From: Antedon mediterranea
Lineage: Eukaryota; Animalia; Echinodermata
Reading direction: 5' to 3'
Assembly (NCBI RefSeq): GCF_964355755.1
Contig: NC_092677.1
Span: 3,556,101-3,620,100 of the forward strand
DNA: 64,000 bases
The stretch's first letter is position 1. Every line of letters starts with the position of its first letter. The translations under genes were made by a program, and so were the position numbers. The notes beneath the pieces were generated by a model that saw only the letters and a program-made list of their open reading frames with translations, did no database searches and was not told the origin of the DNA. This document shows positions 51,374-64,000 of this stretch, in pieces.

Positions 51374-52716
51374 TAAATGGAATTTTCACAACAATAGTTC
51401 GGCTCGCACGATAAATACACGTGGTGATTTTTACAAGAGGGGTACAGTGCGTGTACATTAAATGGAATTTCCACAACAGTAGTTCGGCTCGCACGATAAA
51501 TACACGTGGTCAACAAACAACATACGTTAGCAGGATTTTCGATCATTATTTATTTAAAAAGTAAATTGTATTCGATGTATTATAAATATATAGGTCTGGT
51601 TGTCGATTGAAAAATAATAATCGAACGATTCGCGCGCGAAACGACATGCAATATCCAGTTGAATTTGTCAACACGCCATGTCAATTGATATGGGTCGTCG
51701 ACGCACAGAGGGCGCTTTTTGACCTAAGAATTCCGATCTTAATTGGTTTCGTGTCAGCTTACCGGTACTTTGTTTATTCGTACGAACGTCGTATGGGTTT
51801 TACCCCAAGGGTAAAAACCAAATAAACGTGTATTTCAATCGCCGTACGAACACGGTCATAGTTAAAACTTGGATCCTCTCAAAATTGATACCACGTGATT
51901 GATTCACGGTTGGTTGCACGCTTCTTTTTTTTCTACGTCCGGCGTGTAGTACCGTGCATGTTTATATTATTGTTACGGTTTAACAAAGGCAGTGCATACA
52001 AATAAAAATACAATAATAGACCACGGAGACTGCATGAATAGACATTGTTTCAACATCCTGCCTCACTTTTGTCTGGTTATTGACTATTGTTGACCTGGGC
52101 TGAGCCTGGGTGTAACCGTAAATCAATTTGTCCAAAAATATGGGGAAATTTGAAAATGCGGTAAAAAAAATCAAAATGCGGTAGAAAACGTCGAGATAGC
52201 GGTAGCGCGGTAGATGGGTACTAAAAGCGGTAGACTACCGCGAGTAGTATTATTCATGATTTCTGCCCACGTTCGTCCTGGAAAAAAAAATTACGCTGCC
52301 CGTTATTCATAGTCAGCATAATTATTCTTATTAGCTGACGATTTGGAACAGAGCGCCCTCAATGGTAGGCCTATGTTTTCATCAAAGATAAGAAAAGTAC
52401 GCTTGTGTCAAGCTAGCCGACAATAAGCCAGCCGACAATAAGCCAGCCCACTTTTATTTTTTCCAGCCGACAATAACTATGAAACGCCGTTTGTGTATTT
52501 TTCACATTTTCAGTATTGTTTAAGGTTTTTATAGTATTAGAAATTCAATATTTGTGAGAAAATGGCGGATTGCTCCTGGGAGTCACTTGGTGGGGTTATA
52601 CTAGTGTACGTACCTCCTTAGTCGTCCAGTATAAGTTAGAGTAGGACCGCTGGTCCTGTTTACTCAGCCCTCATCTTTTAAATCTGAGTGTAACTCAATT
52701 ACGATTTTTAATATTA

Positions 52717-55700
52717 TTAGGTTATATGCATGATATGCATATAACCTCTTGATTCTGTCAAAATCTTTATTTATTTATTTATTTATTGGTTATCCGCCTC
52801 AAGCGGATAACCTTTGTTATTGTAGTGTTACTTTTTTTTTTTATTATTCTTCTTTCTTTCTCCGATTTTGTGTACGCGTTTTCTCTTGAACGTGTTAACA
52901 TAACATTTTGTAACTTGGTCAACATATAGACAATTAACTGAAGATGTACTGCGAAGCTTTTTGACAATGTCAGATCCGCGTAGCGTAAGTTACGCGCGAT
53001 TTTCTGAAAATCTTAAATCGGTCATAACTTCGAAACCGATAAATATTTTTTAACGAAATTTTCAGCCACGTTTTCTTCACATCAATGGCTAACTTTTTCG
53101 CTCTTCAGCAAATTTTTGAACACTAGAAAGTCTGCGCGTAAACTGCGTTTGAAATTTTAAAATGCTCCTAATTTGTGCACGCTGTTTCTCTGTAACGCGT
53201 TAACATAACATTTTGTAACTTGTTCAACATATAGACATTTTACTGAAGTTGTCCAGCCAAGCTTTTTGACGATGTCAGAGCCGCGTAGCGTAAGTTACGC
53301 GTGATTTTCTGAAAATCTTAAATTGGTTATAACTTCGAAACAAATGAATATTTTTTAACGTCATTTTCAGCCACGTTTGCTTCACATCAATAGTTAACTT
53401 TTTTAACGCTATCGCAATTTGTAACATTAGAAAGTGCGCGCGTAAATGGCGTTTGAAATTTTAAAATGCTTCAAATCAATTTCTGATTAAATTAGAGCAC
53501 GATTCAGGTCATTTTAAGCGTTTAAAAAATTGCCACTGGTGCGCACATTTTTACGCGCGCACGGCGCAGGGAACAGGTATGAGCATTTCTTTTACACGAT
53601 TTGTGTTTTTAAATCTTCTGTTAACAATTTTACGTTATTTTATTCACTTTTCAACTTGAAATGGCGTTCTACGAGCACGTTAAACATGACAGGTTGCGCA
53701 CGAAAACGTCAACAAATTGTGAAAATGTTCCAAAATATGTCTACTTTTAAAAATGACACAGTTCATCAGAATGCAAGGTTACCCCCATTTTTTATTTTAA
53801 TTTCTTGCAGTGTATGAATCATGGGTCTGATTTATTATAGTGTTGAATGCTAAAACGTGTTTGATGGCTACATTATTTGCATATTAAATATAATTTTTGA
53901 AATATTTATCATCAAACAAACATAAACTTATTCAAAGAGCAAAACAATAAACATAACATTTATCTTTTTTCTTTACATGTTAATATATAAAACTTGAAAG
54001 TATGTACTTTCATAAAATATCAGCGTTTAAAATTTTTGAAGATTTCATCATAGTAAAATTTATGATTTAAGTTTGATATGTAATAATCAACTTGCATCGA
54101 GGGGGTTCACGACATACCGAATGAACGAGGACTCTTTCTTCGGATTTTCGTCAGCAGGTGGTCATATGGCTCGATGTGTAATGCAACCGACTTTGGTATC
54201 AGAGGTACCGGGTTCGAGTCCCGTCACGGGAAAACAATTAATTAAAAGGGTTTAGTTGGTTATTACACTGAGAGGGCAGTTTTAATTTTGAATAGCCTAC
54301 TTTTTTTGGAAAAGTCATAACTTGGAAGTACTTGAATACGCAAGATACGCTTTGTTGCTGGCGGATAACCAAACTCGTCCTCAAGTGACGAGTTTAAGTT
54401 CTAGTTTATTTATTCTTTCCTTAGCACTATTTTGTCCGTGAATTATCTTGATATCAGTTTCATCTATCTAAGTCAATTTTTCAGAGTATATTCCTTATGG
54501 CCAGGAATCGATGTGGTTATATTTTCACGATGCGTAATCAAAAATTACGCGGTCTACGCGCGATTTTACGAAATCACGTTTGTAATCATATCTTCACAAG
54601 CATGAATCACAATTAAACAAAATTTGGTACTCATAAATTTCAGGTCATATTTCATCATATGGCAATACAATTACGTGCGTAGCGCATATAACGCTTGCGT
54701 ACGCGCGCTTAAAATGTTCAAAATTGTCAAAATTTATTTTCGATGAAATTAGAGTACGTTTCAGGCAATTTTAAGCGTTTAAAAAATTGCCATGAGTGCG
54801 CAGATTTTTGCACGCGCACTGCGCGTTATACGTTAATGCGCACTCTTTTTGTCCGATTTCGGTTGTACAACCTTTCTTTAATAATATCATCATATTTTAT
54901 TCACTTTTCAACGCGTAATTGCCTTATACGAGCACGTCAAAAGTGACAGGCTACGCACGTGTAAGTTAACAAAATGGTGAAAATATGCTAAATTTTAAAA
55001 TTAATATAGATCGTCAAAATGCTCGGGAACACATATTTTTTATTTCATTTTCTTGAAGTGTATGTATCTTATGTATGATTTATTATTAAACTAAGGGAAC
55101 AAAAGTTGATTAAGCCATAATTGATTGCATATTAAATTAAAAAAAATTCATTTCGACAATCAAACAAATTATGACATTTTCTTAGGCCAAAATAACAAAC
55201 TTAACATTAACTTTCTTCCTCCAAAAGTTCATATATTAAAGTTAAAAGTATATAGTTTGACAGTGCATCATTTTTGTACATTTTTAGAGATGTCATCATA
55301 GTAAAAAATTATAATTCATTGCGGTATTTAATAATCTATCTGCACCAAAGTGGTTACTGCATAGTAAATACACGGAGGAATTTTTCTACAATTTTTAGAC
55401 AGTTGTGTATGGCTCGGTGGTGTGTGCTCGTGTCTATGGCACTCAAGGTACCGAGATCGAGTCTCACCTTGGGAAACGAAATAAGATTTTTTTTTTTATT
55501 ATCCGTATTGTTTGTTCAAATTTATTTCTTAGTGTATATATTATACACATGATTTATAATGAAATCTAGATAAAAAATAACTTATGTCTTTATTATTATG
55601 TAACAGCAAATGTGGTTTATGACATTATACGCAGAGGGATCTTTGATCGGATTGTGATACCGGCTATTGTATTCGCGTTAGCAAGGTCCTATCATATATT

Positions 55701-55819
55701 ATAAATAATTATAGAATCTGAGAAAATCAATGAATCAAAATATCTTTTAAAAATCAATTATCTTTATTAAAATCAATGCATATAACCTATAATTCGTCAT
55801 AGTGACGAATTAAATCTAG
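52717..55819 (+). mobile_element. Non-autonomous Helitron/Helentron-like element
   Basis: 5' palindrome AGGTTATATGCAT-GAT-ATGCATATAACCT; 3' ATGCATATAACCT plus hairpin AATTCGTCA-TAG-TGACGAATT and CTAG. It inserted at A|T with no TSD (the empty site AATATTATAGTGAAA is in the next monomer). Confidence 0.8.
52780..54404 (+). mobile_element. Second Helitron/Helentron-like element nested in the first
   Basis: 5' GGTTATCCGC-CTCAA-GCGGATAACC; 3' GCGGATAACC plus AACTCGTC...GACGAGTT hairpin and CTAG. It has an internal duplication of about 305 bp. Confidence 0.75.
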
Positions 55820-56076
55820 TAGTGAAATTTGATATTGTATTTGTGAGAAAATGGCGGATTGCTCCTGGGAGTCACTTGGTGAGATTATACTAGGGGACCT
55901 CCTTAGTCGTTCAGTATAAGTTAGAGTAGGACCGCTGGCCCTGTTTACTCAGCCCTCATCTTTTAAATCTGAGTGTAACTCAATTACGATCTTTAATATT
56001 ATAGTGAAATTTGATACTGTATTTGTGAGAAAATGGCGGATTGCTCCTAGGAGTCACTTGGTGGGATTATACTAGG

Positions 56077-56359
56077 TGTTGTGGAATCGGTGAGAAATAA
56101 TGAGGTGAACACGTTGTTGCAATATATTGTCTTTATTAGATTTATTATTATTCAACAACTGTGTTGGGTTGTCTATAAGAACAAACAAAATACACTAAGT
56201 AGATAGTTCTGTAGTCAACAAATACTTCGAAACATAATGATAATAAAGAATAGTACGACTACCCCCTCTATAGTAATAGAAAGATGTAGACACTCGTACG
56301 CCGACTCCACTCGAAGTGATAACGTCAAGCGAAGCCTAGATATATGCACTTTAACAACA
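56077..56359. mobile_element. Possible solo LTR-like fragment
   Basis: TGTTG...CAACA ends and a reverse-strand AATAAA, but no convincing TSD. Confidence 0.3.
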
Positions 56360-59251
56360 ATAAAATATCTCCCCATACCTAGGCAAATCGTTCTCCCCCA
56401 TACCTAGGCAAATCGTTCTAAATGGTTTCAAAGCTCGTGTGTTTCACGAAGGACAAGAGATCAAATGTAACAAATGCTTGAAAAATGGACACGAAGCTTA
56501 TCAATGTAAGGCTAATAGAGTATGCTTTAAATGTCACCAAGAAGGTCATACTATGAGCACTTGCAACAATGAAATAGGCCAACAGCAAATATCAGCCAAC
56601 TCAATGGGATCAACAGGGGCATATATTAACCGTATGTGGGAATCATTTGTGCACACTCCAATACCAAAACAAATAACAGATAAAGACTTAAAGATAACAG
56701 ATAAAGATAAATCACATGATAATGCAAACCCAAATTCAGACACAGAAGTAGATATTGATGAAGTGTTCAGCTCACAAGATACTGCAGATGACAGCAGCGG
56801 AAGTGAATCTGATGAAGAACAAGAACATGTAAAAGACAAAGATATAATAATTTTGGACAGTGAGGAAAAGACCATTAGTGAAGCAAGTGAAAGCAAAGAA
56901 CAGAAGAAGGTAACAGATTTTTTTGTTTCTTCCACTCAAAACTCAAAAAGTAACAATGAAAGGAAAGGGGCTACCACTGATGAAAGTAGAACTGAAAAAG
57001 ATTTAAAGGAAACGTCACCAGAAAATCCACCACAGAAAACCAAAAAAAAAATCAACCTAAAGAAAAGGGTTACAAGGAAGTAAGTTGCAGAACTACTGTA
57101 TCATACTGTGCAATATGACTTCAAATGTTTATTATTACAATTTAGTTTTTTTTATTTAAGATAAATTATAAAGTTTATAAAATGTTTTTATATTTAATAA
57201 TCATATGACACCAAACATACACCTTTTATCATTAAATGTTAGAGGATTTAGAGAAAAACAAAAACAAATTAGTATTTTTAAATGGGTCAAAGACAACAAA
57301 GCAGATATCATCTTCATTCAAGAATCACATTTGACAAATGATAAAACCCAGTCACTGAATGATATATGGCAAGGTGATTCCTACCACTGCTTTGGCTCAT
57401 CACACAGTAGAGGAACATCCACAGTTATTGCTAGTAAAATTCAACACAGGGTAACAAAACAATACAAAGATATTAATGGTAGATTTTTACTTCTAAGAGT
57501 TGAAATAGATGACAACTATTTCATTCTTGTTAATTCATATGCCCCAAATTATGTAAAAGATCGATGTTCTTACTTCAGGACTTTACATAAAACAATTATT
57601 GACTTCAAAGAAAGCAAAAATGATAAAATAATTATAGGTGGTGACATGAATTGTGCTCTAGACAGAAAATTTGACCAAAAAGGTAGTGTCGATAGAGTAG
57701 ATAATTCTGTTTTTACAATAACACATTTTATGAAAAATCTGAATCTTAATGACATCTGGAGAAAAAATAACCCGGATACATGTCAATTCACATGGCGAAG
57801 GAAATACACCCAAACGTACAGAAGGTTGGACTATTTTTTTATATCTAACGACTTATGTGAATATGTTAACACATGTGATATCAGGCCGTCAATCATGTCT
57901 GATCACCAAGCCATATCCTTAAAAATAAGTTTAACTAATGAAGAAAGAGGCCCAGGATTATGGAAAATGAACAATTCTCACTTAGATAATGAAGATTATA
58001 TAAACAACATCAAAAACATAATAGAAAGAGCTAGATTAGAAGAACTTAACCCAAAGGATAAATGGGAAATGATTAAAGTAAAAATAAAGGAATTCTCCAT
58101 AAAATATGGGAAAATGAAAAATAAAAATAAATGCAAAAGAAAAGAAATACTTCAACAGGAAATTGCTATCATTAATGATTTAATTATGAAAAAGGATAAT
58201 ACTGATAATAATATCCAGTATGAAACAGAATTAGATCAAAAAAAGAATGAACTTGAGCAAATTTACCTATTGGAAGCTAAAGGCGCTCAAATTAGGTCAA
58301 GAGTAAAGTGGATAGAAGATGGCGAACGAAACACTAAATACTTTCTTGGTTTAGAGAAAAATAATAGTAATAAAAAACATATTAAAAAATTAAAAAAACA
58401 GGACGGATCCATTATATCAAATTCCACAGAGATATTGAAGGAAGAGGTTAATTTCTTCAAAAAAATATATGCAAAACAAGATGTTCCTTACAAATCAATT
58501 GATAAGTACCTATCTCATGTTAATTTAACTAAACTCACAGAGGCAGAACAAGAGATGTGTGAGGGTCATCTCTCTCTCTTCGAATGTGAGCAAGCAATAA
58601 AGAAAATGAAAAAAAATAAAGCTCCAGGCAGTGACGGTTTAACAGTTGAGTTTTATCAACTCTTCTGGTACCTTATCTGTGACCTTGTTTGTGATGCACT
58701 AAATTATGGTTTTGCCACACAAGAAATGTCTGTGTCACAAAGAAGGGGAATAATCAACCTTATTTACAAAAAAGGTGATCACAAAGATTTAAATAACTGG
58801 CGCCCTATCACTTTACTCAATATTGACTACAAAATAGCTTCTTTTGTTCTTACAACAAGATTACATCGAGTTGCAAAGTATATAATAAACAATGACCAAA
58901 AAGGGTATGTAAAAGGTCGCTTTGGTGGTGACAATATAAGACTAATAGAGGACATAATTACTTGCATGGAAAATGAACAGCTTGAAGGTATACTTATAAG
59001 TTTAGATTTCCAAAAAGCATTTGACAGTGTCAATAGATCATTTTTAATAGAAGCCTTAAATAAATTCAATTTTGGTATTTCATTTGTGAACTGGGTAAAA
59101 GCACTGTATAACAATACAAATTGTATATTCACAAATAATGGTTGGCAATCAGAAAGTTTTGCAATGCACCAAGGTATTAGACAAGGATGTCCCTTGTCTG
59201 CTCTATTGTTTATTTTAGTAGCTGAAGTCCTAGCTACAAAAATAAGAGCAT

Positions 59252-60080
59252 AGCCCCTTTCTCACAGAGTTGTGTGTCAGGAATATTGCGGGAATATACC
59301 ATTACCATGCCGGTATGGTTTTCTGTGAGAACGGGTCGTCTTGGCATCATGCCGGCACCATGCCGGCATCGACATGACCTGCTTTAGACCTAGTAATATT
59401 CTAGGGATATTCCCCGCAATGCCAGACGGGCATTCTGTGAGAACGTATTGCCGTTATATTCCGGGGTTCCCCGTCGAGGCTTTGACACCTTGCGCAGTCA
59501 AGTGTATCACTTTGGCGCCTATTCAATTCAATTAACAATAATAATGTCGAACTGGAGGGATAATGAGATAAGAGAGCTGCTTAAAATAAGGGGACAAGAA
59601 GAAATTTGTAGCATAATCTATATAGGCCGCTAGGCTAGGCCAGCCATAGCTCTTTGTTTGTTGGTGCCTGACCTTTCATCGCCTTGTAAATTGTAGGCCT
59701 ACAGCCTTCTAAGGTGTTTTACAGATTGCCGATGACGGCAAATTAATTGCTATACCTGTATAATATATGCACAATATACTGTACATAGCATGTATTGCAT
59801 AAATATGCTATAAAGGAAGATAATAATCTGTAACTTAACATTCGCCGCCATATCATCGCTAGACAAAAATAATAACAATAAAGGACGCCCTCAATAATTA
59901 TTTTGTCAGAGACTTTTTATTGGCCGAATATGCCCGACTCCTTTCTCACAGAAAGCCGGTATATACCGGTTATATTTCCGGCACGATAGTCCGATGAGAA
60001 TGGGTATATGCCGGTAACGATACCGGCACGACGCCAGCACTGTACCGGTATATTGCAGGCACATCTGTGAGAAAGGGGCT
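59252..60080 (+). mobile_element. Non-autonomous PIF/Harbinger transposon
   Basis: TIR AGCCCCTTTCTCACAGA, 3-bp TSD CAT (59249-59251 and 60081-60083), and an internal Myb/SANT-like remnant MSNWRDNEIRELLKIRGQEEI at about 59544. Confidence 0.85.
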
Positions 60081-60210
60081 CATGTGATATGGTCAAAGGC
60101 CTGATTGTTCCTGCAGGCAATGGTATATTTAAAGATATTAAGATTGCACAGCTAGCAGATGACACTGTGCTTTTTCTAAAGGATATAAATAGTATAGATA
60201 ACAGCATAAG

Positions 60211-61162
60211 TAGTCTGGGTTCCAGACGGAGTTTTGTCTTAATATTAGTCAAGATAAATATTTTGGCACATATGGCGTTTCATACGTATACTACTTGATT
60301 TTGGATACTCCGTCTGGGGAAACACGCACAAGTCACGTGGTTTGACACCAAGAATTCTTGGTGCATACGATTATCCGGTTGACTAGTTTCAGCTGCATGC
60401 GATTGGCTACTCTCTCGTACACCGTTTAAATATTCATATTTCAGAATTTCAATAGCTCAACAACTAAGATGATGCGCATGCGCTATGTTACGTTTAGACA
60501 ATGTGTACTTGGGTACATTTATGAAAGTTCTGAAGGCTAGAAATTATTTATATGCCTAGTAGTCTGGTAAACATTTGATGGGATCTTTGAAACATGAAAA
60601 CTCGTCTTGATATATGATAGGCTAGCTTCTCCGCAAATCTGACATTGAATGGATCATTTATTATGCGGAGATAATTTTGATTTAATTCCCACCCAGACCC
60701 TGTCCTGTTCTGTGTGGTGGTGTAGCCCTGTTGTGTGCCGGTGGTATGTAGGCCTACTTCATTGGCGTTTTATTTGGCAGGGCATACGTGCGAGTTGAGT
60801 AGGACCTACGAAAGAGGCCTAGGCCAAGGACTAAACAATTAATAAACAAAACAACTTGGCATTACTATTTTATATTTCAACAGTCTCGATCGTACATTAA
60901 GCACTGGTAGGCCTACGTACTCGATCTTTTTCATTTTGAAACAAAATGATCATTGGTTGATTCGAAATCCATATTTACATACCGCCCGCCCCATATAGCC
61001 AAATACGGTATGATAACCTACGTCATTCTTATCGTATGTTTGCGGTCTGCAAATCGATTTCTATACGTGTTTCACAAGTCTGTATTTTCAGACAAAAATC
61101 GCGGTCGAAATAAAAACAAATAAATAAAAAAAAAAAGATAATACAGACTTGGGGCAAGTCTA
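60211..61162. mobile_element. Non-autonomous DNA transposon with hairpin ends and 9-bp TSD
   Basis: TAGTCTGGGTTCCAGAC...AGACTTGGGGCAAGTCTA with TSD CAGCATAAG (60202-60210 and 61163-61171). Removing it restores the LINE frame. Confidence 0.9.
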
Positions 61163-62847
61163 CAGCATAAGTATTATTGAAAAGTTTGGAGAGGTTTCTG
61201 GATTAAAATTAAATAAGAATAAAACAAATGCTTTTTGGCTTGGCAGTTTAAGAGACTGCAAGGACACACATGGTAACATTTCTTGGACATCCACACCAAT
61301 TCGGATATTAGGTATCTATGTTGGACATGATAAGGAATATTGTTATCAAAAGAACTGGAAAGAAAAAATAGACGCATTAGAAAATACCCTAAAAACGTGG
61401 GAGAAAAGACACCTCACTTTTTTTGGAAGAATTACTATTGTAAAAACATTAGCGCTCTCAAAAATTATATACAATTCCTGCATTTTGCTAGTACCAGAAA
61501 AAGTAATAAAAGAGGTGGATAAATAAATTTTTAAATTCATTTGGGAAACCAAGAAAGAGAAAATAAAAAGAAAAACCATGTGTGCCAATTACAGTCAAGG
61601 TGGTCTAAAAATGGTAGAATTCAGATCTCAGGTAATATCTTTCCAAGTTAAATGGTACAGGAGACTGTATGAAAACGATGATGCCAAATGGAAATATTTA
61701 CCTACATTTTATATAGAAAAGATAGGCCCAAAATCATTAACCTCAAATTTATCAAAAGTTCCGTGTAATATATCCGTACCACCATTTTACCTCTCAGTTA
61801 TTAAGTCTATAGCAGTAGCTAATGCTTGTAATAATAGATTAAATAAGGAACCAATAAGCTATGATGACATTATTAATCAATCATTATGGGGTAATGAGTT
61901 TATATGTATTAAAAAGAAGCCGTTATATAACTGTAACTGGATTAGTTCAGGGTTTTTAAAAATATATGATGTAATAAATAATAATGTGTTTAATCAATCA
62001 ATCAATCAATGTTAAAGGATGAGGAAAATATAATGTTAACAGTAAAAAGTTAGTAAGTAATTAGTATAACAGAGAATATGCATTGTTTAAATGAAAATAT
62101 GTTTGCATAGATAAATCCAAAGAAAAATAAAATGGGACAAACCCATGGGATGGATTTATTAAACATAAACGTATTATAATTATATGAAATAAATATGCAT
62201 GTAGATGAAAAAAAAAAACAAAAACAACTATGTAAGAAAAAATAAGCTTTGTTAATGAAAATGTGTTATAGATAATATGTATAAAAAGAGGAAACTATGT
62301 AATCAATGTGGTTAAATGATAATGTATGTATAAACAAAATAATATATGGAAATAGTTTTTTTTTTAAAGAAAATAAGTAAAAAAAAAAAAAAGTGGAATG
62401 AATCCACATAAGAGAAGAAAGTAAAAAAGTTAAATGAAAATTTAAGAAGTTATAGATGCAAAAAAGGATCTGCTGGTTTTGTAAACATTAAAGAACAAAA
62501 ATATTAACATTAATGTTAAAGGATGAGAACAATATTATGTTAACAGTAAACATGTAGTAAGTAATGAGTATAACAGAGAATATGCATTGTTAAATGAAAA
62601 TGTGGTAGATGAAAAAATCAAAAACAACTATGTAAGAAAAAAAAAAAGCTTGTTAATGAAAATGTGTTACAGATAATATGTTTAATCAATGTGATAATAT
62701 GTAAACAAATGAATAAATAAGTATATGTATACAGATGATTAAACAAACATTGTAAATATAATGATATGTATAGTGTATAGTGAAAAATATATGTAAAGAG
62801 AACAGTGGTTTGGAAATAAAAGTGGGATGAACCCACATAAGATAAAA

Positions 62848-64000
62848 CTAGATTTGAACTCGTCACTACGGACGAGTTAGGTTATCCGCAGTGCAAAAGC
62901 CACGTGCACGTCATACGTTAGAATAGTGCGCGCAAAAAAATAAAACGATTATGGCATTGAAAAATGTTAGTGCGCTCTCTATGTTGCGTCGCGTCTAAGT
63001 ATATACGGTATAACACTATATACTGTATACGTACTACATACAGTGCAGAATAGGTGAAAATAAGTGACCAAAGTTATTGACGCATTTGAATATGATGACG
63101 TCATCACAATTTTTAAAATGGTGGATCATGCGAAAGGTAATTGATTGATCTAGACAATATAAAAAAATTGAGTGAAATGGAATAAGGATAAGTAGAGATG
63201 CGCTCTATTAAATTGACGAGCTATGACGAAAGAGAAAAAAATCCTATATTTTATATTCGGGTGGCCATACGATGACGTCACAATGTCTGGTTAGCCATAT
63301 CAATGCATGATTCGAGAAAAACAACTCATCTACTTCCAGAATCTGAAATTTTAAATATTTTCACCTCGGAGTTTAGAATCTATGACTGTTTTAAAAAAGG
63401 CATAATTTTGACGAATTTTTGAACTTTTTCTTCAAAAACGCGCGCAAATTGTTCAATTCTACGTGCTCGTATGACGTGATTTTAAGTCGAAATTGATTGA
63501 AAATTGGTAAATGTACTAGAAAAGGCTGAAAAAACAAAAATCAAGCAAAAAAAAGATGTTTTTGCGCTACGTGCGCACGCGCGCGTAAAAAAATTGCGCA
63601 CGTGTGGGAATTTTTGAAATGCTCAAAATGACATGAAACGCATAGAAAGTTGATTAGAAATTGATTTTTCGCATTTTGAAATTTCAAACGCGCGTGCGCG
63701 CGTAACTTTTTGTGAAACATGCCATTTTTAATCCATAGAAAGTTTGCGCATGATCTCACTTAAATTTTCACAAAGTTTCAATACAAAACAACTTTTAGTT
63801 TTTATTCTATGATCAATCATTGAAATTCATAAAATCGCGCGTAACTTACGCTGCGCAACTCCAAAATCGTCCAAAAGCTTGGCTGCACATCTACAGCTAT
63901 AGGTCAACCTTATGACAAAGTTATACAATCTTATGTTGGCCACAAGATAGAGATGTGCTGCGAACAAAATTCGGGGAAAGAAAGAAGAATAACATAGAAA
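62848..64000 (-). mobile_element. Helitron/Helentron-like element in reverse orientation, running past the window end
   Basis: ACTAG...AACTCGTC-ACTACG-GACGAGTT-AGGTTATCCGC is the reverse complement of the 3' end seen at 54361-54404. The body resembles 52900-53750 reversed. Confidence 0.7.

Larger units (their letters stand above)
52552..56076 (+). repeat. About 180-bp tandem monomers (about 2.5 copies) containing AAAATGGCGG, split by a Helitron insertion
   Basis: Units at about 52552-52716, 55821-56001 and 56002-56076. Confidence 0.8.
56396..62012 (+). mobile_element. L1/Tx1-clade non-LTR retrotransposon, truncated and inactivated
   Basis: The ORF1 3' part (to 57083) has two CCHC knuckles (CNKCLKNGHEAYQC, CFKCHQEGHTMSTC). 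ORF2 from 57205 has an APE endonuclease (SLNVRG, IQESH, GGDMN, RLDYFF, SDH) and RT (KAPGSDG, WRPITLLN, LDFQKAFD, GIRQGCPLS, QLADD). ORF2 pieces are 57205-59251, 60084-60210 and 61172-62012, with an in-frame stop at 61524. Confidence 0.93.

Noticed and set aside
52552-52716. snRNA target or hammerhead ribozyme in the 180-bp monomer
   Set aside because: I see no CTGANGA...GAAA core on either strand and no recognisable U-snRNA sequence.

Overview
AT-rich animal genomic DNA with GT-AG introns and a very dense transposon load, probably a marine invertebrate such as an echinoderm (inference from repeat style only). It contains a complete 13-exon DBH-like copper monooxygenase gene (MOXD1-like, + 2844-10117, about 600 aa) and an EBAG9/RCAS1 gene (+ 11925-15483, about 210 aa) with a 1.8-kb 33-bp minisatellite in an intron. 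Between 17004 and 46159 on the minus strand is a tandem cluster of four paralogues of an uncharacterised family, which I recognise from memory as AAC4-like ('AAC-rich mRNA clone AAC4 protein-like'). Three are intact 3-exon genes; the fourth has lost its middle exon. The paralogues share a conserved core that may be a restriction-endonuclease-like fold but have unrelated N-termini. The rest is nested DNA transposons (hAT-, Mutator-, Harbinger- and Helitron/Helentron-like), LINE fragments, an OTU/F-box pseudogene and a dead L1/Tx1-clade retrotransposon (about 56396-62012) interrupted by two DNA transposons. All family assignments come from motif recognition, not database searches.
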